33,028 nucleotides of DNA, taken from Patescibacteria group bacterium. Its GTDB lineage: Bacteria > Patescibacteriota > Microgenomatia > UBA1400 > PJMF01. The stretch spans positions 1 to 33,028 of the forward strand of contig JAHJBU010000053.1 of the NCBI GenBank assembly GCA_018813375.1, given 5' to 3'. Made by a program: the position numbers and the translations under genes. This document shows, one piece after another, positions 1 through 8,925 of the stretch. The first letter of the stretch is position 1; each line of letters begins with the position of its first letter. A model generated the notes under the pieces. The model was not told where the DNA came from. It made no database searches and saw nothing but the letters and a program-made list of their open reading frames with translations.

Positions 1-579
1 AGATTTTATATTTATTGTAACGGTGAGATAGCCGAGCCTACGTATTTTAAGGAGTACAAGGATTTTCTTCGCTCAAGAACGATTGTCATCAACTACAAGA
101 ATTTCAAAAGACTAGCTCCTTGGGATTTAATCGCAAGAGTTGTCGAAGAAAAACAAGCACTAAGATCTCGCGGAAAATTTTATGAGGAGGATGGAGATCA
201 ATGCTGGTGTGTCTTTGACGTTGATGAATATTGGGATCAAAATCCGGACAAATTTAAGGCCGCCATAAAACTGGCTAGAGAAAATAATATCTTATTAGCC
301 TGGAGTAACGAGTGCTTTGAGCTTTGGTACCTACTGCATTTTCAAGTTTTGAATACAGGCGTTCCCCGCAACGATTACCACACTAAACTCGAGAGACATT
401 TTCGAAGATCAGGAATGCAGCCATACACCAAGAACTGTAGTGTTTTCACTCAGATAATCGAAAAGCAATCTGAAGCAATTAGAAACGCCAAACGGATATA
501 TAAGACAAGCAAGGTGGAAAGAAACCCCTCGACTGCGGTATTTAAGCTAGCTGAGGAGATAAACAAACATTTTGGATAA
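1..579 (+). CDS. RloB-like domain protein (5' partial)
   Basis: Frame 1 is open from base 1: FYIYCNGEIAEPTYF...WCVFDVD...AWSNECFELWYLLHF...NPSTAVFKL, the typical RloB motifs. The listed 349..579 ORF is only its C-terminal part. Confidence 0.85.
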   Translation, partial: RFYIYCNGEIAEPTYFKEYKDFLRSRTIVINYKNFKRLAPWDLIARVVEEKQALRSRGKFYEEDGDQCWCVFDVDEYWDQNPDKFKAAIKLARENNILLAWSNECFELWYLLHFQVLNTGVPRNDYHTKLERHFRRSGMQPYTKNCSVFTQIIEKQSEAIRNAKRIYKTSKVERNPSTAVFKLAEEINKHFG

Positions 580-2035
580 ACGTTATATGGAAACTAAAGA
601 ACTCGATCTTGATGAAATTGAAAAAATAATAGAATCCGGTAACCCGTCCGGATTTTTAGGGGTGATTGAAACATCTTATTTTGAGTTTAGGGAGAAGCCG
701 TATTATCCTGATAATGAGCACAACACGGTTAGCAGAGAAAAATCCCGCCTAGAGTTGTTAAAAGACTTCAGTTCTGTAGCTAACAGTGGTGGTGGCTATG
801 TGGTTATTGGATTAAAGCCTAAACTTGATCCTTCTAAATTCAACCTGGAATTTGTAGATGAAGTCAAAGGCGTTAAACAAGAAAGCATTAAATTACAAAG
901 TTGGCTTGATACTTTATCATCTTTTTTGACCCCTTCATTTCAATCTGGCTTCTTGAATTATGGTTTTATTGGTTCCAAGGAAAATCAAGTTTTTTGGCTA
1001 AAAGTACCCGACGCTAAAGATATTGGATGTTATCCCTTTATTTTAAACAAGGATCAATGGGTGACAGAAGATAATTCACTTCTTCATGGTCGTTTATTGG
1101 GAGTATATTTTCGTGATGGAGCGGAGAATAAACATTTGTTGAGCGCTGAGAAAATCCAGGAATCTATCGCCTACACTCTCTCTGGTAAAAAAGGTAAGTT
1201 GTCGGAACAATCCTTTAGTGGTTTAGAAGCAAAAATAGATCAAATTTTAGCCTTACAAAATGTGTCGCCAACAAAAACATTGGACCTTGAATCCAAAAAA
1301 AAAGACATTCTAACGAGATTTAGTGAAAGACTAGATCAGGATTCAGATTTTTTTTATTTAATTGCAGTTCCAGAAAAGCCTGTTTCAGTTCGAGATTTTT
1401 GGTTAAAGGGTGAAAATACCCTCTACGAACTAATAAAAGACCCACCCACACTTCGCCATATGGGGTGGGATCTACACACGGCTATGTCAGAATATCCAGA
1501 ACCCAAAGGTACCGCGTGGGAATCGACAAATGGTGATAGAAAAATTGTATATGTAGATAAGGATGGGGTTATCGCTGTAGGGGGAACAATTCAAGAATTT
1601 TTAGATTGGGGCTTGAATCGAGACAGTACTTCAGACGTATTGAATATAAACGCCTTCGCACTTGTTGAATTTATAACCAGTTACTTCAATTTTTTAACTG
1701 CTTATGCAAAAAAGTTTGTTCAATCAAGTTTAAACTATCAGGTTTATGGAGGGTTTTCCCTACGTCTCAATAAAAAATATAGACTGGTGTTTACCATGGG
1801 TGAAAATGGCAAGCCAGCTTTCTTCAGTCAGCAATCAAACGAGATAGATCAGAATGAATGGGATTTTGGAGTTTGTAGTCCGATATTTGAAAATAGCACT
1901 CAACCCTTTGCTGCGAATTTAGTAAGCACTATTTACGCTAGCGGCTTCGGGTATGTAGAAGACAGTCCGCCTTATCTGGTTAAGAAAGAGAAGTCCTGGG
2001 TTATTAATGAGGAGGCTTACACAAAAGCGAGTTGA
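572..2035 (+). CDS. AlbA_2/Schlafen-like domain protein
   Basis: N-terminal ETSYFEFRE...ELLKDFSSVANSGGGYVVIGL matches the AlbA_2 pattern. The C-terminal domain is unassigned. Confidence 0.75.
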   Translation: MDKRYMETKELDLDEIEKIIESGNPSGFLGVIETSYFEFREKPYYPDNEHNTVSREKSRLELLKDFSSVANSGGGYVVIGLKPKLDPSKFNLEFVDEVKGVKQESIKLQSWLDTLSSFLTPSFQSGFLNYGFIGSKENQVFWLKVPDAKDIGCYPFILNKDQWVTEDNSLLHGRLLGVYFRDGAENKHLLSAEKIQESIAYTLSGKKGKLSEQSFSGLEAKIDQILALQNVSPTKTLDLESKKKDILTRFSERLDQDSDFFYLIAVPEKPVSVRDFWLKGENTLYELIKDPPTLRHMGWDLHTAMSEYPEPKGTAWESTNGDRKIVYVDKDGVIAVGGTIQEFLDWGLNRDSTSDVLNINAFALVEFITSYFNFLTAYAKKFVQSSLNYQVYGGFSLRLNKKYRLVFTMGENGKPAFFSQQSNEIDQNEWDFGVCSPIFENSTQPFAANLVSTIYASGFGYVEDSPPYLVKKEKSWVINEEAYTKAS

Positions 2036-2538
2036 AAAGAACTATGGCCGACATTCAAGAAGAATACCAACTAACAGAAGAAAGGATGCACAAGTTTCTC
2101 TTACTTTTGGATATATACTTCGAAATTATCAAGGGAAATGTTAAACACCCTAGAGCTAAAGAATGGGCCAGTCTCCTTTTGGAAATCGTGTATTCGTATT
2201 TTTATTCTGTAATAGATGATAGGGAGGATTCAATAAACGTGTTTAGAATTTGGAAAAAGAAATACCCAGACCATCAAGCAGAGATATCTCGAGTTGAAGA
2301 AAAAATAGCACCACACAAAGCTGATTTTATGAAGCTTAGACACAACGTAGGGTTCCATGGTTCCACGAGCCGGAAGGGTAATAAAGTTGGTATGCAGCTT
2401 TTTGAAAAGGTCGATGGTCAGATGGCGTTGGATTTCATGCTCGCTGTGCGGAATCTATCGACACACTTAATAAGTTTACACAAAAAAATTGATAAAAAAT
2501 TGCCGACCTATCAATGTGTTATTTGTAATGACCAATGA
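2032..2538 (+). CDS. Putative HEPN (AbiU2-like) protein
   Basis: Helical protein with KLRHNVGFH (R-x5-H) motif, overlapping the upstream stop. Confidence 0.5.
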   Translation: MKRTMADIQEEYQLTEERMHKFLLLLDIYFEIIKGNVKHPRAKEWASLLLEIVYSYFYSVIDDREDSINVFRIWKKKYPDHQAEISRVEEKIAPHKADFMKLRHNVGFHGSTSRKGNKVGMQLFEKVDGQMALDFMLAVRNLSTHLISLHKKIDKKLPTYQCVICNDQ

Positions 2539-3458
2539 AACAAGAATTAAAATATCTCACCGATTTTATCTTAAGAGTTGTTTTTCAGTGGGTAACTCTT
2601 CTTCTTTTACTGCCAACTTTATATGATTTTCTCCATGTTTATTTCCCTGAGCCAATAAAATCATATGAGCTTTCCTCTGATTTAAGGTTAGCTTTTATGA
2701 TTTTTGCGGTGTTTATTGCTATTTACAAAGTGTGGAGAAAGGAACATTCAGCCCTGCTTTCCATTCAGGGAAGGAAAACAAGGTTCACCGTAACTCCTGG
2801 TCTGTATAAGATCCAGGTTGCAAAGCATCTACAACAAATAGACAAGAAAATAGATCGGTTAAAGTCCGAATTACCTAATCTTGAGTCAGAGGGTATATTC
2901 GATCGGTTAATGGTATCGCCCTTTTCAGGGGGTAGGAAAACACAACAGAGTGTTCAAGAATACATAGAGTCTTTGATGGAGTATAAGGAAGAGCTGATAG
3001 CATTTTGTGAAAAGCATAAGGGCATATTGGGAATTGATGTTACTCTAGAATCTGACAAGTATGATGAAAATTTATCGGTTGAGTTTATTTTAAAAACAGG
3101 AAAGATTGTTCGATCGCTTGAGTTAGATTGCCCCTGGTTACCTTCAGATCCAAGTAAAGATAGATTATCTTTTTTGGGAACAGTTGATATAAGGGAAAGA
3201 GATGTTTACCGAACGAATCTTGAATATGATGACAAAGTAATAAGTTGTAATTTGAAATATTTAAAGAAGGGTCAACCAGTCTTGTTTATTAACGAAGGGG
3301 TTTACGTGGACCCCAAAGTGCAAAAACTAAGTTTTGATGTATGTATTACGTCTAAGAATAGCGATGGATTGCAAAAATTCTCTTTCGACCAAGAGGTTGG
3401 AAAAGTTAATGACTACAAGGACATTTCTGAATTAGAAGAGTTTAATAGAGAGCTTTGA
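2535..3458 (+). CDS. Hypothetical protein with two N-terminal TM helices
   Basis: 307-aa ORF with ATGA coupling to the upstream gene and hydrophobic N-terminal segments. Confidence 0.7.
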   Translation: MKQELKYLTDFILRVVFQWVTLLLLLPTLYDFLHVYFPEPIKSYELSSDLRLAFMIFAVFIAIYKVWRKEHSALLSIQGRKTRFTVTPGLYKIQVAKHLQQIDKKIDRLKSELPNLESEGIFDRLMVSPFSGGRKTQQSVQEYIESLMEYKEELIAFCEKHKGILGIDVTLESDKYDENLSVEFILKTGKIVRSLELDCPWLPSDPSKDRLSFLGTVDIRERDVYRTNLEYDDKVISCNLKYLKKGQPVLFINEGVYVDPKVQKLSFDVCITSKNSDGLQKFSFDQEVGKVNDYKDISELEEFNREL

Positions 3459-3532
3459 CATAGGCTGGTGCAGGTTCTACGGTGTTGACATCTCATTTCC
3501 CAATGTCAACAAAATCCCCTGATAGTTGACAT
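3455..3532. repeat. Cluster of GTTGACAT repeats (possible mobile element end or binding sites)
   Basis: TTGACAT 3455-3461, GTTGACAT 3484-3491, inverted ATGTCAAC 3503-3510, GTTGACAT 3525-3532. Confidence 0.55.
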
Positions 3533-3550
3533 TCGCCAAGTGGCTTGTAG

Positions 3551-4019
3551 GTAACTTGTGCTGGCAGTAGAGTGCCTTTTGATGGTTTCTGTCAGTTCGT
3601 CTTTTTCTTTGGAGTACTGCTTGAATTTGCGGTTATAAAATTCCTGGGTGATTTTTTCATCGAGTTTGTCATCGTATAATTTGTCCATTCGCCTGCTAAC
3701 CGCCTCGTAGCGTGTTTCCAGCTCGCCCACGGTGCTGTTGTGATACTGGACTTCGTCCTGATGGCTTTCTTTGAGAGCTTTTTTTAACCATTCGACGATC
3801 CTTTGGTTTTTGAGTTTCAGGTTGTCAAAGCCCGACAGGAGTTGTTCTTCGACTCCTGGCTCTTTCACCCAAGTTTCCTGGGTGCAGTCGTGGTAGTGGT
3901 TACAATGCCCGTAGTGGATTGTCCTTTGCTGTTCCCAGGTAATTAAACCATTACAGCTAGCACACTTGATTAGCCCCTGAAAGAGGTATGAGTGCTTTCT
4001 GTATTTTGGGGTAGTTTTT
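3551..4019 (-). pseudogene. Large serine recombinase fragment (zinc-ribbon + coiled-coil)
   Basis: YLFQGLIKCASCNGLIT...HYGHCNHYHDC zinc ribbon followed by a coiled coil with KLYDDKLDEKIT. The 5' part is replaced by the IS at 4020. The 3' end runs into unrelated sequence at ~3550. Confidence 0.85.
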
Positions 4020-5128
4020 GGGTTAATGGACAATTTGCGTTGGTTTTTTAGTTAATTTTCATTGATATTTCCGTCAAATATGTAATAATTAGCACTTTAA
4101 AAGTGCTAGATAGGTGTATTTATGAAAAAAAATGGTGTCAGAACTGCGGTGAAAAGTTACAAAAATGGGGTAAAAATAGAGATGGTTCTCAACGATATTT
4201 TTGTAAAAATTGTCAGCAAACAAAAACTAGAAAAAGACCAGAGCTAACTCAGATTAATCATAAAAAAATATTTTCAGGGTGGTTGGTGGGTAAACAAAGT
4301 CTGACTGATTTTAGTGATAAATATGACGTTTCAATAAGAACTTTAATTCGTTGGTTTACTCTCTTTTGGAGTGAAGAACCACAACCAGGAGAGACTAATA
4401 TTTCTAATCAAGTTTTAATTATTGATGGTAAATATATAGAAAAGTTAGCTACTGTTTTAGTAGCTTGCGTTACTAGAAAAGTATCTTCTTGGAGTTTTAC
4501 TCAGCGAGAAAACTATGCTAGTTGGTTAACTTTTTTTAATACTCTAGTACACAATCCTTTTGCTATTGTTTGTGATGGGCAAAAGGGAATGCTTAAAGCT
4601 ATCAAAGAAAGATTTCCTCGAGTAATTATTCAGCGTTGTCAGTTTCATGTGATGAAGTACTGTTTGAGCAAATTAACCCAGAATCCAGAGAGCAAAGCTG
4701 CTCAGGAGTTACGAAATATTGTGCTTGGGATTAGTAAAGTTAAGACAAAAGAAAATTTTAGTATTTGGTTAGCTGACTACAAAATTTGGTATCAAAACTA
4801 TTATGGATTTCTCAAAGAGAAAACTTACCAAGAACACAATTTAACTCCAACTGGTAGAAAAAGGTGGCATTACACACACGGCAGATTACACGCTGCATAC
4901 TCACACCTTAAAAATTCTTTCCCCAATCTTTTCCAATACTTAAAATACCCCAAAATTCCTAACACCACTAATTTTGTAGAAGGAGCTATCAATGCTCCAA
5001 TGCAAGAAAAGTTAAGAAATCATCGTGGACTTAAACTACCGAAAAGAAGAATTTTAATCGCTCACTATTTGAGTGTAAAACAATGATTGTTTTTAACTAA
5101 AAAACCAACGCAAATTGTCCATTAACCC
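4020..5128 (+). mobile_element. IS256-family (IS1249-like) insertion sequence
   Basis: Perfect 36-bp TIRs at 4020-4055 and 5093-5128 (GGGTTAATGGACAATTTGCGTTGGTTTTTTAGTTAA). No matching TSD in the flanks. Confidence 0.9.
4103..5086 (+). CDS. IS256/Mutator-family DDE transposase
   Basis: Motifs IIDG, VCDGQKG, QRCQFH, TTNFVEG; N-terminal zinc ribbon. Confidence 0.9.
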   Translation: MLDRCIYEKKWCQNCGEKLQKWGKNRDGSQRYFCKNCQQTKTRKRPELTQINHKKIFSGWLVGKQSLTDFSDKYDVSIRTLIRWFTLFWSEEPQPGETNISNQVLIIDGKYIEKLATVLVACVTRKVSSWSFTQRENYASWLTFFNTLVHNPFAIVCDGQKGMLKAIKERFPRVIIQRCQFHVMKYCLSKLTQNPESKAAQELRNIVLGISKVKTKENFSIWLADYKIWYQNYYGFLKEKTYQEHNLTPTGRKRWHYTHGRLHAAYSHLKNSFPNLFQYLKYPKIPNTTNFVEGAINAPMQEKLRNHRGLKLPKRRILIAHYLSVKQ

Positions 5129-5155
5129 TAAAGTTACAATTAGCGACCGCGAGAG

Positions 5156-5653
5156 TCACTGCAGTGTTTGCTTGAACTCAATAAGTTTCTGATCAATTGT
5201 TTCAGTTGTGACCCAGGGTTTCATGCGTTTAGGAATATGAAGGAAAGTATACTGAGCGTTTAGCTTGCCTTGATTTATCAACTGCATGATTTTACAACTC
5301 ACTAAATTGCAATGAGAGTTGCCCGTGGCTTCTGCCAATTTCATCTGTGAGTTTTCAGAGAGAAACGAGTTGATTGTGACTTTTTGTTTTTCATTACCAT
5401 CAACATAATCATTGCGGAATTGATTGGTACAAATTGTCTCGATGCGAATTTGGTCTTGATCTGCTCCAGAATATGTGCCCAAACCTAAAACATATGAGGG
5501 TTGATCATGTAGCAACATTGCTAAGTAGTGCTCGATATTATTGGAATAAACTAAGTAACAACAGTTAATCTGTTTTAAACCATACAAGATTCTTCCAGTA
5601 CCACCACTTAAGGCAAAACCGTAAATTTGATTGGTAGGAAAATCATCGGTCAT
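5156..5653 (-). CDS. Pyroglutamyl-peptidase I (C15)-like protein
   Basis: VLGLG, IRIET, GNSHCN and FLHIP give the Glu-Cys-His arrangement. Confidence 0.6.
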   Translation of the reverse strand: MTDDFPTNQIYGFALSGGTGRILYGLKQINCCYLVYSNNIEHYLAMLLHDQPSYVLGLGTYSGADQDQIRIETICTNQFRNDYVDGNEKQKVTINSFLSENSQMKLAEATGNSHCNLVSCKIMQLINQGKLNAQYTFLHIPKRMKPWVTTETIDQKLIEFKQTLQ

Positions 5654-5660
5654 GGTAAGA

Positions 5661-6287
5661 CTAAACGCCCATAGCTTTTTTCAATCTTTGCAATTCGGTT
5701 GCTGGGTTCCTAAATACTACGTCTTCGGAGTCAAACGACTCAAGATCTAGTTCACTGATGTCACTCACCCCAACCCAGTCTGCAATGGATCGATGCTCCG
5801 GATGTTTCTTATCTTTCAGAATTTCAACTTTATCTTCATAACCACCAGTTCCACCAGAATCTTCCCAAGGACAGGCTCGTTTGCCAGCAATAACTTGTGG
5901 ATAGACTTCCTTGGAATTAAGGGACACGACTTCCTCTAGAACAATTTCATGCTCCCAGTTATCGCCAAAATCATAGACATAAGTGACTTTTGGTTGATCA
6001 TCTGACAAAAACTCCTCTAACTTAGTCGTAGCTTCATCAAGAGCTTCTTCGCCTTCACCCCAGTCATCTTCTGGATTGGGAATAGAGATATGAATGGCAT
6101 TTCGATCCCAAGCAGAGCCAACAAAGAACTGGTGCAGATGATAATCTTCCCAACCAAAACTATCTTGAATGGCAATATGTAACTCCCAAAAAGTGGCATT
6201 AGAGGGTATAAGCAATCGTCTCCAAACAGGAGGTTTAATATCTTGCAAAACTACTTTGAGTTGGTAGATTTGAGGGTTTTTTGTCAT
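5661..6287 (-). CDS. Plasmid pRiA4b ORF-3 family protein
   Basis: PPVWRRL, LHIAIQDSFGWEDYHLHQF, YVYDFGDNWEH, ACPWEDSGG. Confidence 0.9.
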   Translation of the reverse strand: MTKNPQIYQLKVVLQDIKPPVWRRLLIPSNATFWELHIAIQDSFGWEDYHLHQFFVGSAWDRNAIHISIPNPEDDWGEGEEALDEATTKLEEFLSDDQPKVTYVYDFGDNWEHEIVLEEVVSLNSKEVYPQVIAGKRACPWEDSGGTGGYEDKVEILKDKKHPEHRSIADWVGVSDISELDLESFDSEDVVFRNPATELQRLKKAMGV

Positions 6288-6306
6288 AAGGTAAGTATAT
6301 CATCGA

Positions 6307-6382
6307 ATGGATAGCTTTCCTCCCTGCTGAAAGCTATCCATAAATTGTTTTCATTGACAGTGAAAACAATTTATATTATAGT
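6307..6382. promoter_or_regulatory. Divergent promoter with two palindromes
   Basis: ATGGATAGCTTTC-N9-GAAAGCTATCCAT (6307-6341) and ATAAATTGTTTTCA-N7-TGAAAACAATTTAT (6340-6374). TTGACA 6354-6359, 17-bp spacer, TATAGT 6377-6382. Confidence 0.65.
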
Positions 6383-6391
6383 AGATGAAGT

Positions 6392-7681
6392 ATGACTGAT
6401 CAAACCCAGACAAAAATCACCAAAAATCTCTTAGCTTCAGCTCTCAAAGAGCAACATGAGTCTTTTATGGCCCGTGATTTAGGAGTGAAAAGAGAGATTC
6501 TAGAAAATTTGAAAGAGACTGTTTTTGCTCCGCAAGTGATGGTTATTACAGGCCTGCGGCGAGTCGGCAAATCAACTTTACTTGCTCAAGTAGCCAAGAA
6601 GTATCTCAAAGAAGACTTTTACTTTGTCAATTTCGAGGACGAGCGACTACTGAACTTCCAAGTTAGTGACTTTGATGTTCTCCACGAAACTTTGATTAGC
6701 CTGTTTGGCGAGAAGAAAACATTTTTATTTGATGAGATTCAAAATGTTCCTGAGTGGGAAAGATTTGTACGTCGTCTTCACGATCAGGGATATAAGTTTA
6801 TCGTTACAGGGTCAAATGCATCATTGTTAAGCCAAGAACTAGGTACACGTCTTACTGGTCGTTCTGTACGAGTAGAATTATTTCCATTTTCGTTTAGGGA
6901 GTATTTACATTTTCGCAGAGTTAAAACTCCTAATTTAAATGTCTTAACTACTAGGCAGAAAGGTAACTTACGCAAATTGGCCGATGAGTACATTGCTTTT
7001 GGTGGTATTCCAGATGCGCTCAAATATCCGGAGTTGGGAGTTCATAAAGCACTTTATGATGATGTTTTGTATCGCGACATTGCTACTCGGTATAGGCTTG
7101 ATAACGTCAAAAGCTTAAAAGAACTGGCATTTTACTTGGTGAGCAATACTGCCAGTTTAGTGTCATACAATAAACTTAAAGATCTACTCAAATTAGGAAG
7201 CGTGAATACGGTCATTAATTATGTTGATTATTTGGAAAATAGTTGGCTATTTTTTGTGACTAATAAATACGCTTATTCAGTCAAAGAACAACAAATTGCT
7301 GCTAAAAAAATATATGGCATTGATACAGGGCTGATTCAATCGGTAGGTTTTTCGTTTTCAGAGAACAAAGGCAAATTAATGGAAAACGTGGTTTTCTTGC
7401 AACTGCGAAAAAAATACCATGATGTGTATTACTACAAAACCGCTGAAGACTACGAGGTTGATTTTTTCTTGCCCAAAGAGGGATCTCTCATCCAAGTGGC
7501 CCAGCACTTTGATTTAGCAGAGACAAAAGAAAGAGAATTAAGAGCACTAATGAGTGCAGTCAGCGAACAGAAAAAGGCTAAAAAACTGCTTATTATTACT
7601 GAAAGCGAGAAAGTTGAACTTGAAAGGGAAGGTACACAAATTCAAGCTGTTCCATTATATGAGTGGTTATTGTTGAATTAA
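6392..7681 (+). CDS. AAA_14 ATPase with DUF4143 C-terminal domain
   Basis: Walker A GLRRVGKS, FLFDEIQ, TGSNAS, DTGL, ENVV, EVDF. Confidence 0.9.
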   Translation: MTDQTQTKITKNLLASALKEQHESFMARDLGVKREILENLKETVFAPQVMVITGLRRVGKSTLLAQVAKKYLKEDFYFVNFEDERLLNFQVSDFDVLHETLISLFGEKKTFLFDEIQNVPEWERFVRRLHDQGYKFIVTGSNASLLSQELGTRLTGRSVRVELFPFSFREYLHFRRVKTPNLNVLTTRQKGNLRKLADEYIAFGGIPDALKYPELGVHKALYDDVLYRDIATRYRLDNVKSLKELAFYLVSNTASLVSYNKLKDLLKLGSVNTVINYVDYLENSWLFFVTNKYAYSVKEQQIAAKKIYGIDTGLIQSVGFSFSENKGKLMENVVFLQLRKKYHDVYYYKTAEDYEVDFFLPKEGSLIQVAQHFDLAETKERELRALMSAVSEQKKAKKLLIITESEKVELEREGTQIQAVPLYEWLLLN

Positions 7682-7704
7682 ATTGTTCACTATAAAATGA
7701 CAAT

Positions 7705-8925
7705 ATGCCCCAAGATTTCCCCAAAAGAATCACTGCTGAAACTCAAGTAAAGTTTGAAATTAGTAAATCTGGATTATATGCAATAACTGTAACCGCCCGA
7801 TGTAAAAGAAAAGACGACCTTAGAGTGGAAATTGACAATCAATTTTTTAGAGAAATTCCACCAGAAAAAAATATCCAGAAATACAATGTTCCTCCTGCTT
7901 GGAATGGCTCTATGTTAAAAGGTCGTTCTCAAACTAATATTTTCATTATCTGGTTGGAAAAAGGTGAGCACATACTCGTCTTTATTCCTAGGGAGCGCGC
8001 GCAAGTAGAAAGTTTTGATTTTTGGCAAGTATTGGATACAACAAATATTGAGGTTAACCTAGAGAAACAAGCTGAAAACGGCAACGGACGACCATGGATT
8101 ACAATTGCACTTATTAATTTCCCCCTTAAATCTATTATTGCTGAGGCTAGTGTAGATTGGCATTTATTTGACGGTGATGACGTTAAACTAATTGTTGATA
8201 ACGAAATTGAGAAAAATGCCGACTCACGACTTTGGAGAAACTGGTTGTGGCATGCTACTCCTCAACAAATCATTAGTAGCTCCAAAAGAGAACAGAAGAC
8301 TGTGGTTAAAGATCTAGATCGTGGGAATCACTACCTTGAATTCTGGGCAGATCAAACTCCCACTTTGCACAAAGTAATTTTGGATTTAGGTGAATTAGAT
8401 TCAGAAGAACCAAGCGCAAATATAGACCAACCACCACCTCGTATTCCTACTGTTGATGACCCAAGATGGACCGGAGATTTTGCTGATGATACCGATCAAA
8501 TGATTTTAGCTCGTGTCTTATTTGGAGAGGCAAGAAATACTTTAGTCCCGGATGAAGCTCGAATAGCTATTGGCTGGGTTATAAAAAATAGAGTTGAAAG
8601 TTCAAGGTGGTCAAACACTTATTGGGAAGTTATTACTACTCCTTCTCAGTTTAGCTCTATTAATGTTGGTGATGACAATCGCCCATTCGTTGAAGACCCG
8701 CTTCATAAAAATAACGAAGTAGACAAAAAGGCTTGGAAACATACCTACGATATAGCAAGGAAAATCATTAAAGGTGAAATTGCCGATCCCACTCAAGGAG
8801 CGAATCACTATTATGACGATAGTATCAGCAGTCCTGATTGGGCTAAGGATCAAAAACCTACTCTAACCATCAGCTATATTAACCAGTATGAAGTGGAAGT
8901 TAGGATTTTCTTTTTAAGCTTATGA
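7705..8925 (+). CDS. Cell wall hydrolase (SleB/Hydrolase_2 C-terminal domain) with beta-rich N-terminal domains
   Basis: LARVLFGEAR...VIKNRV...QFSS...DPTQGANHYY...PDWA. Confidence 0.8.
   Translation: MPQDFPKRITAETQVKFEISKSGLYAITVTARCKRKDDLRVEIDNQFFREIPPEKNIQKYNVPPAWNGSMLKGRSQTNIFIIWLEKGEHILVFIPRERAQVESFDFWQVLDTTNIEVNLEKQAENGNGRPWITIALINFPLKSIIAEASVDWHLFDGDDVKLIVDNEIEKNADSRLWRNWLWHATPQQIISSSKREQKTVVKDLDRGNHYLEFWADQTPTLHKVILDLGELDSEEPSANIDQPPPRIPTVDDPRWTGDFADDTDQMILARVLFGEARNTLVPDEARIAIGWVIKNRVESSRWSNTYWEVITTPSQFSSINVGDDNRPFVEDPLHKNNEVDKKAWKHTYDIARKIIKGEIADPTQGANHYYDDSISSPDWAKDQKPTLTISYINQYEVEVRIFFLSL

Noticed and set aside
3506..4033. 175-aa ORF as an intact gene
   Set aside because: The start codon lies inside the IS TIR and the last ~14 residues come from foreign sequence. 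It is an LSR fragment.
5129..5156. Possible degenerate junction next to the IS256 right end (GACCGCGAGAGT)
   Set aside because: Similarity is weak and the peptide register does not match type A.
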